DNA of 64,000 nt from a virus: the IMG/VR virus record IMGVR_UViG_3300026116_000002, positions 1-64,000 of that record; one strand, 5' to 3'. Every line of letters starts with the position of its first letter. Within the stretch, counting starts at the first letter, position 1. The notes under the pieces were generated by a model. That model did no database searches. It was given only the letters and a program-made list of their open reading frames with translations, and was not told where the DNA came from. The position numbers were made by a program, and so were the translations under genes. This document shows positions 26,021 to 35,244 of the stretch, one piece after another.

Positions 26021-28366
26021 ATGCCTAGTGTGATCGAAAACGTAAAGAACGGGATCAAGTCAGCCTTTAGCCCAAAAGTACTGCCGTCGCTGACTGAAGG
26101 CACGATGAAGCTTGCCGATCCCGACAATGTATCGTCGATGATCGGCTATGGCGACCTGGATGAGCAGGAGCAGGCAAAGCTCCGTGGGTACCTCGCCGGG
26201 ACCGAGGCTGGCATCAGCTTCAAAGACATGGCCGACGCGCTGATGGACCTTGGCGAAGAGTGGTACATGGAGTCGCGCCAGGGACGCTGGAAGCACCACG
26301 AGGACTTCTTCAGTGGGCTTGCGGCGTTCGCCGGTGAGTACAACCTGTATTGGAACCAGGAAGCTAACAGTGGCAACGGCATGATGCAGGGCTTTCCGAA
26401 CGCGGAAGGCAACACGGACTTCGATGAGAAGTTCGCGCAGAAGTACGAGAACGTTTTTCGTGTCATGATCGAGCGGGCGCAGGCCCGCATCACGGCGGCT
26501 TACCCTGACGCGTGGGCCGCTCCGCTCAACGACACTGACAAGGACAAGCTCGCCGCGCAGGTGCTCCGCTCGATAAATGGGCACTGTTCCCGCGAGACAA
26601 ACCGTGAGCAGTTGATGGAGGATATATGCCTCTACATGCTCATTACAACGACAACGTTCATCGAAGTTGGGTGGAACCCGAAGGCGTACGCGGATTTAGG
26701 GATACCGCAGCCTGATGGCAGTGTGGAGTACCACCGGGAACAGATCGGAGATGTTGTCAATCGCCTCGTTATGGCGATCGACGCTTACCCGGACCCGAAT
26801 GCCGCGCTGAATGGCGGCGACATTCATGGCGGGGCGTACTTTATCAAGCGCCACCTGATGAATGTACAGGATGTCTCGGAGAAGTGGGGCAGGCCGGTTA
26901 CACCCACCTCGCCGGGATCGACGTTCGGCTTCTTGCAGGCAAGGATGGAGTTGATCGCGGGGGATCACTCCCGCATATTGTCCAAGATCAAGAACTCGAC
27001 CGAGATCACTGAGGTTTGGAACAAACCCTCGAAGCAGTATCCCAGGGGTCGATTTTGGGTTTATAGCGCTGACCGCACGCTGCTTTGGGCCGGTGAGTGG
27101 CCGTACGAGAAGAACGATGAGTACCCGTTCGTCGAGTTCGGCTTCAAGAAGAATGCAGGCTCGGTGTGGGCGCTCAATATGGGGCGTGATCTACTGCCGA
27201 CGCAGCGCACACTGAACCGTCTCGCGACCTACCTTGCGGCCCGCCTTGAGTGGGACAGACCAACGATTTTAGCGCCGAGCAACTGCGATATTGCGCCGGA
27301 TGATTTCCTCAATCCGACGCTCTACAAGGTAATAGCTTTTGAAGGCCCGAGCACCGGCGGGTCGATGCCGATCTATCAGCAGCCGCCGCAGCCGGGGGAG
27401 TTCTACTTCAAGTACGAGCAGTCGTTGCTTGCGAAGATGGAGATGCTGGCGGGCGTTCGTGACCTCAATGGCGACAACGCACAGCCGATCAACAGTGGCA
27501 TCGAGTACGGCCTGCGGCTCAAGACCGACAAGGAGCGCCTAGCGCCTGCGATCAAAATGATGGGGCGGGGCAGGGCCAAGCTGTATGAATGGGACGGCGC
27601 ACTCTATCGACAGTTCGGAGCTTCGTTCCCGAGATTGCTTGGGATTGACGACATGGCGATCCCCGGCAAAGACCTTGAGGGGGCAGCGCCAACCGCCGCC
27701 ACCAAGCTCGTGGACTTGCAGGCACTTAAAGACGGCAACACTCGCGTGTTCCTCGAAGCTGGATCGGGCGAAGCGAGACTGCCGGAAGCACAGGAAGCAC
27801 AGCTACAGGAAGTCACGAAACTGCTCACTCAGGCGATGGCGCAGCCGGGAGGGGCAGCTATTGTCGAATGGTACCTCGGGCAGTCTCAGGCAATCCGCTC
27901 CGACCAAGAGACCGACCGCCTGGTAGTTGGTGTCAAGCAGCTTGTAGCCGAGCAGGCCGAGCGCGAGGCGCAGACTGCCATGAATGTCCAGCAAGCCAAG
28001 GGCGGGCAGTCTCAGCAGGCGCAGCAGGCCAAGCAGCAGGCAGACCTACAGGCGATGCAACTCAAGCACGAGCAGGATCAGGCCAAGGCCGCGATCGACG
28101 TGCATTCTCAGGCGCTTGTCGAGCAGTTCCGTGGACAGACGGACATGGCAGTGAACTCGCAGAAGTTCCAGCAGGCCATGATGCTCCTGCACACGAAGAA
28201 CGCCGTTCCGTCCGTCACTCTCACTGGTACCCTCGACCCCGCAGGCGAGTCGAGCGCACAGGAGAAGGCGGGTCTCAGCGCTGGCGACATGGACACGCTC
28301 AAGAAAATGCTTATCAAGCCTGCCCCGACGAAAGGAAGCTCTAATGGCTCGTCAGCCACGAAATAA
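26021..28366 (+). CDS. Portal protein
   Basis: 781 aa, after terL; YENVFRVMIE, EYPFVEF, RDLLPTQRTLNRL; Q-rich C-terminal helical region as in P22-type portals. Confidence 0.85.
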   Translation: MPSVIENVKNGIKSAFSPKVLPSLTEGTMKLADPDNVSSMIGYGDLDEQEQAKLRGYLAGTEAGISFKDMADALMDLGEEWYMESRQGRWKHHEDFFSGLAAFAGEYNLYWNQEANSGNGMMQGFPNAEGNTDFDEKFAQKYENVFRVMIERAQARITAAYPDAWAAPLNDTDKDKLAAQVLRSINGHCSRETNREQLMEDICLYMLITTTTFIEVGWNPKAYADLGIPQPDGSVEYHREQIGDVVNRLVMAIDAYPDPNAALNGGDIHGGAYFIKRHLMNVQDVSEKWGRPVTPTSPGSTFGFLQARMELIAGDHSRILSKIKNSTEITEVWNKPSKQYPRGRFWVYSADRTLLWAGEWPYEKNDEYPFVEFGFKKNAGSVWALNMGRDLLPTQRTLNRLATYLAARLEWDRPTILAPSNCDIAPDDFLNPTLYKVIAFEGPSTGGSMPIYQQPPQPGEFYFKYEQSLLAKMEMLAGVRDLNGDNAQPINSGIEYGLRLKTDKERLAPAIKMMGRGRAKLYEWDGALYRQFGASFPRLLGIDDMAIPGKDLEGAAPTAATKLVDLQALKDGNTRVFLEAGSGEARLPEAQEAQLQEVTKLLTQAMAQPGGAAIVEWYLGQSQAIRSDQETDRLVVGVKQLVAEQAEREAQTAMNVQQAKGGQSQQAQQAKQQADLQAMQLKHEQDQAKAAIDVHSQALVEQFRGQTDMAVNSQKFQQAMMLLHTKNAVPSVTLTGTLDPAGESSAQEKAGLSAGDMDTLKKMLIKPAPTKGSSNGSSATK

Positions 28367-28673
28367 GGCAGCTAAACCGGCAAAGCCCACAAAGGTCAAG
28401 GCGATCATCGCGGTAGCGGTTAAGCCAAAGCCTCACGGCATGAGTCTCGCTGCCAAGCCCGAGCGCATTCCGCACCCGGCCATACCGGGCCGCGATGTCG
28501 CAGGGCGTATCATGCCCGGTGCAGCACTGCCGGGAGCCGCCCCGCCGTTCACGGCGCAGCCGCCCCGTATGCCGCCCGCGCCCGCAGTCAACTCTGCCGG
28601 TGCAGGCATGGGCAACATGCCATCCGGCCCGGTCTCAACCGGTATCCCGCCGTCTTTGCCGCCGAGGAGATAG
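28344..28673 (+). CDS. Pro/Ala/Lys-rich protein
   Basis: Overlaps the portal stop; low complexity. Confidence 0.55.
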   Translation: MARQPRNKAAKPAKPTKVKAIIAVAVKPKPHGMSLAAKPERIPHPAIPGRDVAGRIMPGAALPGAAPPFTAQPPRMPPAPAVNSAGAGMGNMPSGPVSTGIPPSLPPRR

Positions 28674-28674
28674 C

Positions 28675-29118
28675 ATGGCCGATAACAACAAAACCCTGCG
28701 AGATTATCTCGAAGCTCGCCGTGACAACTTTGCGCTAAAGACGATTATGGAAGCATGGGACAAGAAGGCACCGGGGTTTCTTGATGCCCCGCTTACTCGT
28801 ACTGAAATGCTGTCTGACGGAGACTATCTACTAAGAGATGTCTTCGTGCCTAACGATGATCTTGAAGCCAACCTGACCGAGTGGGCATCTAAGGTGCTCG
28901 ATCATCCTGATATGGTCGAGTTCTTTACAAGTGACGAAAAATTCTTCGTCCGGATGCTTGGTAGCATGTGGGCCGAACGATCCGGCGATGTAGTAATGGT
29001 GGATTTTGCGTTTTCGCTTCACAAGATGGGACTTAACTTCAAACAGGGTTATGGTTTGAGACAACCAGGCGAAGACGTTCCGGTGTTCGTTAGCGAACGC
29101 GAGTTGGCAAAGGTTTAA
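28675..29118 (+). CDS. Hypothetical protein
   Basis: MADNNK start after GAGGAG. Confidence 0.65.
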   Translation: MADNNKTLRDYLEARRDNFALKTIMEAWDKKAPGFLDAPLTRTEMLSDGDYLLRDVFVPNDDLEANLTEWASKVLDHPDMVEFFTSDEKFFVRMLGSMWAERSGDVVMVDFAFSLHKMGLNFKQGYGLRQPGEDVPVFVSERELAKV

Positions 29119-29124
29119 CAACAT

Positions 29125-30318
29125 ATGAAAATCAACGAGATAATCTTCTATCGCAGAAATGACGAAGGCGGCAGTGGAGGGACTGGTATTCCCGCTGCGC
29201 CTGCGGTCACGGAAGCCCCGACAGGGAGTACCACCGACACTGGCATTCCGGCCTCGCTGCCGGTCTCCGAATCTGATGTCGCCGCGTCCACCGAGGAAGG
29301 TCAGTACAAGTTCAGCGTCAACGACGAAAAGACGATGGGCTATGACGACATTCCGATGCATGTGGATGACGATGAGGAAGCCGCTGCCGATGCTGCGACG
29401 GCGGCACCCGCCGCTGACGAAGAGGTAGTCGCTGACGACGCGACCGGCGAGGATGTAGTCACCGAGGAGCCTACTACTACGGCTCCGGTCGTATCTGAGG
29501 CCGCAGTCAAGGCGCTCAAAGCCGCCGCCGACGCCATGGGCATCACCGAGACCGACCCGGACAAGATGCTCGCCGCGATCGAGGCGCGTCAGGCCGAGGT
29601 TGCCGCAGAGCAGCAGCGGGTGCGGGAGACTGCCGAAGCTGCGTTTGAGCAGCAGGCGATCGTACGACTTCAGGACGCCGCCAATCAGGAAGTCATCGCG
29701 CTCATCAATCCGCTGGTGCGTGCGCAGCTTATTCAGGAAGACTTCCCTCTCGACGAAGCTCCTGACGGCTGGTGGGACACGGCTTCTCCAAATTATGACT
29801 CGGCCATGACGAGCCGGTACAACCAGATTTACAATGAATTGCGTGCGCAGCCTCGTTATCAGTCTGCGTACGACAATGCGTTCAAGGGCCATAAGGCGAC
29901 GTACGAAGGTGAGAAGGCGGCGATTGCCGAGTTTGCCACCAAGTACCCGAACCATGCCGTTGAGCTAGTGAGCGATCTTCGTCAGGCCGGGGCTACTGTC
30001 GGCTTTATGGAGAGGATCGCGCACGTGACCGATCAAGCGGTCACCAAGGCTATCGCGATGTCACATTCCGCGATTGCCGCTAAAGACGCCGAGCTTGAAA
30101 CGCTCCGCGCACAAGTTACCGGCCATGCCGACGCCATTGCTAAAGCGAAGGCGGAAGGATTAGCTGAAGGGCGTAAAGCCGCACTCGTTTTGGCTAAGGG
30201 GGCGTCCGTTCCAAACACGGTCGGGGTGGGGGCCATCGCGCCCGCACCGTACAAGTACAACCCGAACCGTGAATTGACGTGGGACGATATCCCGATAGCT
30301 CGTAAGGACAGCTTTTAA
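29125..30318 (+). CDS. Probable capsid scaffolding protein
   Basis: Acidic, Ala-rich, coiled-coil; immediately before the capsid gene. Confidence 0.7.
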   Translation: MKINEIIFYRRNDEGGSGGTGIPAAPAVTEAPTGSTTDTGIPASLPVSESDVAASTEEGQYKFSVNDEKTMGYDDIPMHVDDDEEAAADAATAAPAADEEVVADDATGEDVVTEEPTTTAPVVSEAAVKALKAAADAMGITETDPDKMLAAIEARQAEVAAEQQRVRETAEAAFEQQAIVRLQDAANQEVIALINPLVRAQLIQEDFPLDEAPDGWWDTASPNYDSAMTSRYNQIYNELRAQPRYQSAYDNAFKGHKATYEGEKAAIAEFATKYPNHAVELVSDLRQAGATVGFMERIAHVTDQAVTKAIAMSHSAIAAKDAELETLRAQVTGHADAIAKAKAEGLAEGRKAALVLAKGASVPNTVGVGAIAPAPYKYNPNRELTWDDIPIARKDSF

Positions 30319-30365
30319 CTAGCCGGTCAGGCGCTCGGCGCTAAACTGGCGGGAAGGTTTATCAT

Positions 30366-31463
30366 ATGGCAAGCACTTCAACATTGACCGGGCCATTGTC
30401 ATTTACGCAGTACATGCAGCGTATCAATGAGCCGCGCGTTACTACGTTCTGGGAAAGCTTCATCAAGCAGAAGTCGATCCCCACATACCTGTCGATCCAG
30501 ACCGAGGGGGCGCTCATTAAGCGCGGTCGCCGTGTCATCGACAAGCTCCCGAAGGTCACGGCCCTGCCGATTGGCGCGGAGCCGACCAATCCGTTCACGA
30601 CCACCAGTCAGCCGTTCCAAGAGACGCTGATGCTGAACCGTGACAACAACGACATCGACCGGAACTTCCGCAAGGATAAGAACTACATCGACAACGATCC
30701 GGTCATGATCGACATCAACCTGTACGTGCAAGCGAGAAATATGTTCGTCAACAACTATTTCTTCAACAACAGCACGTACCAGGGACCGACCTCCGACCCG
30801 AACGGCTTCATCGGTGTTCGCTATCGAGCGCTCGACGCCATCAACGGGAACACTGGCAACTACGGTGTTAACTCGGGATGCGTCTTTGCGGCGACCGGCA
30901 AGATCAACCAGTCGAATTGGTCCAGCACCAACGCGATTGCGATTGAGCGCGACTTCGACCGCATGTTCCAGCACATGGATGCCGAGAACGGCGAAGGACT
31001 TGTCGCCTTCTGCTCGCCTCAGTTCATGTGGCTGTTCGACGCGATCCTGAAGTCGGCCAGCACCTCGGGCGGTCTCAAGATCACGGTCGACGCGTTCGAC
31101 CGCAAAATCCGCAAGTACGGCGAGTGCGAGCTTGTTTCCTGTGGACTGCTCCCCCCGCTCGACGGCGGCTTGCAGACCGCGCCGAACCTGTCGAGCGCTC
31201 AGGACATAAATGGGTGGCAGGCTGGTGACAACCTGTTCGTGCAGAACGGTAGCAACTACTACACCTCGGTCGTCTTCATCAGCAAGAACCCGAAGAAGTT
31301 CACTTGCTGGCAGCAGGAAGACCCGTGGATGGAGCGAGAGCGCATCACCGGTACGCGCAAGATGCGGACCATGCTCGACCAGACCCTTGGTATCTTCATG
31401 GAAGACACAAGGGGAATGGGTATGCTTTACGGCATCCAGATCGACGGCCCGACTGCCGACTAA
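30366..31463 (+). CDS. Major capsid protein
   Basis: 365 aa; DIDRNF...FFNN...DPNGFIGVRYR...DAFDRKIRKYG pattern; strong codon bias; position. Confidence 0.85.
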   Translation: MASTSTLTGPLSFTQYMQRINEPRVTTFWESFIKQKSIPTYLSIQTEGALIKRGRRVIDKLPKVTALPIGAEPTNPFTTTSQPFQETLMLNRDNNDIDRNFRKDKNYIDNDPVMIDINLYVQARNMFVNNYFFNNSTYQGPTSDPNGFIGVRYRALDAINGNTGNYGVNSGCVFAATGKINQSNWSSTNAIAIERDFDRMFQHMDAENGEGLVAFCSPQFMWLFDAILKSASTSGGLKITVDAFDRKIRKYGECELVSCGLLPPLDGGLQTAPNLSSAQDINGWQAGDNLFVQNGSNYYTSVVFISKNPKKFTCWQQEDPWMERERITGTRKMRTMLDQTLGIFMEDTRGMGMLYGIQIDGPTAD

Positions 31464-31484
31464 CCCTATAGAAAGGAGTCAATC

Positions 31485-31967
31485 ATGTACGATAATGAAG
31501 TATTGATCAATCCGCAGACTATTACGTCGGCAACTTCAACGGGCACCCTGAGCTACACCAATACCGCTACTGGTGTCACTCAGGCGTTCCTCGATCATGG
31601 CGACGGTGGACCGGACACCAACTACTACCTGAACCTGGTTGCACTGTCGAGCAACTACATCGGCGGCAACCCGAACCTGATCTTTAAGGTTCAGCAGGCC
31701 GGTGACAATGGCAGTGGCGCTCCCGGCACATGGATCGACAGCACGCAGCAGCAGCAGCCTGCACTGAACACCCCTGGCATGATCGCGATCGGCTGGAAGC
31801 AGGTGCATCGCTTTAGCCGCGTTGTGTGGACATGGCGCGGGGCGCTGGCATGGGGCCAAAGCGGCAACTCATCCAGTCTCTCGGCTCAGACGTTCTCGTC
31901 GAGCAGCAGCGGCGGCTTCGAGTTCCTGACCATACAGGGCGGTCTCACTCCGACCTATACGAACTAA
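31485..31967 (+). CDS. Probable capsid decoration/cement protein with Ser tract
   Basis: Beta-rich, directly after the capsid gene; AAAGGAG RBS; NSSSLSAQTFSSSSSGG. Confidence 0.65.
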   Translation: MYDNEVLINPQTITSATSTGTLSYTNTATGVTQAFLDHGDGGPDTNYYLNLVALSSNYIGGNPNLIFKVQQAGDNGSGAPGTWIDSTQQQQPALNTPGMIAIGWKQVHRFSRVVWTWRGALAWGQSGNSSSLSAQTFSSSSSGGFEFLTIQGGLTPTYTN

Positions 31968-31987
31968 CCACTGTGCACCCCACGCAC

Positions 31988-32020
31988 AACCTCCCGGCAC
32001 CCCTGCCGGGAGGTTTTTCT
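31988..32020 (+). terminator. Rho-independent terminator
   Basis: AACCTCCCGGCA/TGCCGGGAGGTT followed by TTT. Confidence 0.85.
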
Positions 32021-32072
32021 GTCACTCCTTGCTATTAAAACCGGTTTTTGGTGTATACTTGAGTTGTAATAT

Positions 32073-32242
32073 GCCGCATCGCCGCTATGGGCGGGGTCAG
32101 AAGCAGGGAGCGGTTAGAGTCCGTAAGTCAGCCAGGGATGCGATTGATTACCAAGTCTCATGGCGAGCAGTGCACTAATCAAGCAATGTGACGCATTTAG
32201 CGACTGCTTCTCGTGGGCTGGTTCGAATCCAGCCGTGTGGCC
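32073..32242 (+). ncRNA. tRNA-like RNA with a 97-nt insert replacing the anticodon loop
   Basis: Acceptor GCCGCAT/GTGTGGC; D arm CCGC-TATGG-GCGG; stem AGAAGCAG/CTGCTTCT; T arm GGCTGG-TTCGAAT-CCAGCC; TATACT upstream. Confidence 0.65.
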
Positions 32243-32249
32243 TTAAACT

Positions 32250-32891
32250 ATGAAACCTCTATTTCTTCAGTACGCCAACAATGAAATCCTCAAAGGCATG
32301 ATCGAGGATCATGCCGAGCGCCACATTCACTACTGCGAACGTCATGACTACCATTACTTCCCCGTCATTCGCTTGGGCGAGCACTTCGATTGGTTTGATA
32401 AGATCAGGCTAATCTTGGAGGCTGTGAAGTCGGGCAATTATTCGCACGTGTTTTGGATCGATGCGGATTGCTTCGTAGTTGATGGGACGCAGGATATGAG
32501 GGATACGCTGCCTTATTGGGCATCATATGCGTTCTGTATACACCCCAAACCATGGCAGGGCCAATCATTTCATTTTAACGCAGGTGTTCAGTACTATGAT
32601 GCTGGGACCGATGCGAGAGATTTCCTTGGTGCAGTAAAAGGTATGGAAGGTCAGTGCACTGATGAGTATGATCAGACCGCTATTAATGATCTATTGATAC
32701 TTAATAACATAGGGTATCGTACGTGGCAAATGGGCTTGAGTATACTCCCCGACAAATGGAACTGCACGCTAGGCGTGCACGACCTGTCGCCGGATAACCC
32801 GCCAGTGCTCGCCGCGTTCCACGGCCACGAGTTCCCGGTGCGACGGCGCGAGGTCATGCGCGAGTGGGCGGAAAGGCTGCCGTATCGATGA
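32250..32891 (+). CDS. Glycosyltransferase, GT-A (GT34 GMA12/MNN10-like)
   Basis: YCERHDYHY, WFDKIRLI, VFWIDADC (DxD), FNAGV, YDQTAIN, KWN, AAFHG. Confidence 0.85.
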   Translation: MKPLFLQYANNEILKGMIEDHAERHIHYCERHDYHYFPVIRLGEHFDWFDKIRLILEAVKSGNYSHVFWIDADCFVVDGTQDMRDTLPYWASYAFCIHPKPWQGQSFHFNAGVQYYDAGTDARDFLGAVKGMEGQCTDEYDQTAINDLLILNNIGYRTWQMGLSILPDKWNCTLGVHDLSPDNPPVLAAFHGHEFPVRRREVMREWAERLPYR

Positions 32892-33451
32892 TCGAGATCG
32901 ACAAGTGCCACATCAGACTCATCGGCGCGATGCTCGGAGCGGCCAAGCCAAAGCAGATACTTGAGCTTGGATTTGGCACAGGGAGTACCACAGTCGAAAT
33001 ACTTCAGCACTTGGGGGTTGCTAGTGATGGCAACGATCAAGACTATAAGTGCAAGCACACTTCCCTGACACTAGTCGACAACTGGCTCGATTTTGGCGGC
33101 GTGAAGCCTACGAACACTCAGAGGCTTCAGCTTTACGGAGTTAATGTCGTCACTTCCGACGAGAGCGAGTTCCTGAACTCGGTTGCCGACAACACTTACG
33201 ACTTCTTGGTCAGCGATGCTGATCATCGAGGCGACTGGTGCGAGGAGCATTTCAGGGTGACGAAGCCGGGATCGTGGTGCTTCTTCCATGACACCAATCA
33301 GCCGCATGTTTATCCCGGCCTAGCTCGTACGGTGCAGTACGTCAAGGATCGCGGTTGGACGCATTACCACTTTACGAAGTCGACACTGCCGGGGGAGGAA
33401 TGTCATCGCGGCCTCCTGATGTGTTTAAACGAAAAGGACAGTAAACCTTGA
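32888..33451 (+). CDS. Class I SAM methyltransferase (Methyltransf_24-like)
   Basis: ILELGFGTGSTT, YDFLVSDADH, KPGSWCFFHDT. Confidence 0.85.
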   Translation: MIEIDKCHIRLIGAMLGAAKPKQILELGFGTGSTTVEILQHLGVASDGNDQDYKCKHTSLTLVDNWLDFGGVKPTNTQRLQLYGVNVVTSDESEFLNSVADNTYDFLVSDADHRGDWCEEHFRVTKPGSWCFFHDTNQPHVYPGLARTVQYVKDRGWTHYHFTKSTLPGEECHRGLLMCLNEKDSKP

Positions 33452-34266
33452 AGGTGATCCCGGCAGAAGCTAAAATCGGCGTTGTCATCGGCACGTATGC
33501 GTCAAAACCGTTCGTCGAGCTTGGGCTTGCGGCCTTGCAGTACAGCACTTGTGGTAGTGTATCGATATTGGTGCATGACGATGGAAGCGATGATTTTCCT
33601 GATATATCGCGGACGGCGAGGCGGTATGGGGCGGAAGCGTGTACCCCCGGTAGACGCATTGGCAAGCCGGGACAAAGCATGCTAGGTGACATGTCAGCCT
33701 TCGCTATGGGCCTCGAATGGGCGTCGGTCAACAATATCGATATACTCGTCAAGTTCTCTCGTCGCTGGATCGTAGCTCGTGACTGGGTGTCAGGGCTACA
33801 GGAACTCGCCCACAACACCCAGTACGCCACGTACAGCGCCACTGACATGATGTGCGGGCTTGGCTTCAGGGCTGAGTGCTGCGCCCTCCACGTGCCATCG
33901 TGGATGGAAAGTGGTGGCTATGACATGCTCAGGGCGCAGATTGCCACGGGCGAACAGCCGGTCCATGGCCTCGTCGGAGGCGCTGAGGGCTGGTATCACA
34001 ATATCGTGCGACATGTCCACAAGTGGGCACATCCTGATCCTACAGACCGATTGGACTTGTGTGCCTACTCCGAAAGCCACTTTCCAAAATCAGTGACATG
34101 CGACAGCTACGGCTTTTGGCCGATGATGGGTCTGTCTCGGGCGCAGAAGCTCCCCGGCATCCTGTGGCATCACTCGTGCCCGATATCCGATTACGTCGCG
34201 CTGGCACAGTCGCTCGGCCTGTCGTATACTGAAGCTGACTTTGAGCTTAGTGGAGAGGCGCAATGA
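33448..34266 (+). CDS. Glycosyltransferase, GT2-like
   Basis: IGVVIGTY...ILVHDDGS; GDMSAF; ILVKFSRRW. Confidence 0.75.
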   Translation: MKVIPAEAKIGVVIGTYASKPFVELGLAALQYSTCGSVSILVHDDGSDDFPDISRTARRYGAEACTPGRRIGKPGQSMLGDMSAFAMGLEWASVNNIDILVKFSRRWIVARDWVSGLQELAHNTQYATYSATDMMCGLGFRAECCALHVPSWMESGGYDMLRAQIATGEQPVHGLVGGAEGWYHNIVRHVHKWAHPDPTDRLDLCAYSESHFPKSVTCDSYGFWPMMGLSRAQKLPGILWHHSCPISDYVALAQSLGLSYTEADFELSGEAQ

Positions 34267-34496
34267 ACGATACAAACGCATTAGTCCCTGTAGTCAAGAG
34301 TTACTATGAACAGTGGGAGATGCCAAGCTCCAAGCGTCCTCGTGGCCGACGCATCGAGGCAGTGGATCGGTATGTTTTCGGCTGGAGGGTTGCGTCGGAA
34401 TTAATCAGTGTTGACGACTTCGTATCAGGCGGCGAAAAGTTTGATCGGCCATTCACAATGATAGGGTTTAATAAGGCTGATAATGACCACATTTAA
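34263..34496 (+). CDS. Hypothetical protein
   Basis: Overlaps both neighbours. Confidence 0.5.
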   Translation: MNDTNALVPVVKSYYEQWEMPSSKRPRGRRIEAVDRYVFGWRVASELISVDDFVSGGEKFDRPFTMIGFNKADNDHI

Positions 34497-35244
34497 GACA
34501 TTCGGCCACCTTGGAGACATGTTCTGCCTCACCTCTGCCGCGCACACCTACGCTCGCCTGACCAAGCTGCCGACGTACATCGACGATAGTTCGTGGGGTC
34601 ACGAGATCGCGGCCATGTATGACGACGGGCTGCTCAAGATCGGCAGCGATGGCGACGAGTTTGACATGCATGGCGTGATGGCGCTGCATCGCAGTCCCGA
34701 AGGCGTCATGCCGAACTACCTCGGGTGCTACCAGTACCACATTCTCAAGGATGTGCCAAAGCTGCTCGGAACCACCATGGAGAAGTTCGGCAAGCTGATA
34801 GACGGCTTCGAGCCGCCGCCTCAAGGGCCGAACTCAGGCCGCTACTTGATCCAGCCTTATTCGCGCAATGCGCCGAACCCGCCTGAGCGAGCACTGCAAG
34901 AGATCGTTGACGGGTTTCACCTGTGGATGCCGGATAAGCCACTGTATGCGATCGGCAGGACGGACACCCCGCGAGCGCTCAAAGGTGTCGACTACTCGAT
35001 GCTTGAGGACAGTGCGGCGGCGTTCGTGAAGAACGTCGCGGAGGCTAAGATGGTGTTCACGCCTCACAGTGCGGCGGCTCACATCGCGGCGGCGTACAAC
35101 ACGCAGGCGTTTGTCTGGTGCCCCGACTGGGACGAGAACTGGCAACTCAGCTATCCCGGATGGGACGCTGAGTTTATTACGTTTCACGACAAGGCGAGCG
35201 ATCTAATACTGCCGCCGAACAATGGAAGGATTGCGAGCGCATGA
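34483..35244 (+). CDS. Glycosyltransferase, GT9-like (GT-B)
   Basis: GHLGDMFC; YLIQPYS; AKMVFTPHSAAAHIAAAYNT. Confidence 0.75.
   Translation: MTTFKTFGHLGDMFCLTSAAHTYARLTKLPTYIDDSSWGHEIAAMYDDGLLKIGSDGDEFDMHGVMALHRSPEGVMPNYLGCYQYHILKDVPKLLGTTMEKFGKLIDGFEPPPQGPNSGRYLIQPYSRNAPNPPERALQEIVDGFHLWMPDKPLYAIGRTDTPRALKGVDYSMLEDSAAAFVKNVAEAKMVFTPHSAAAHIAAAYNTQAFVWCPDWDENWQLSYPGWDAEFITFHDKASDLILPPNNGRIASA

Noticed and set aside
28831-29955. Long antisense ORFs (also 43277..44029, 50226..51173)
   Set aside because: Shadows of GC-rich, codon-biased sense genes, with no motifs or RBS.
32073-32242. tmRNA, or tRNA with a group I intron
   Set aside because: Only 170 nt; has a D stem; lacks the alanyl G3-U70 acceptor and a tag ORF; the insert is too short for a group I core.
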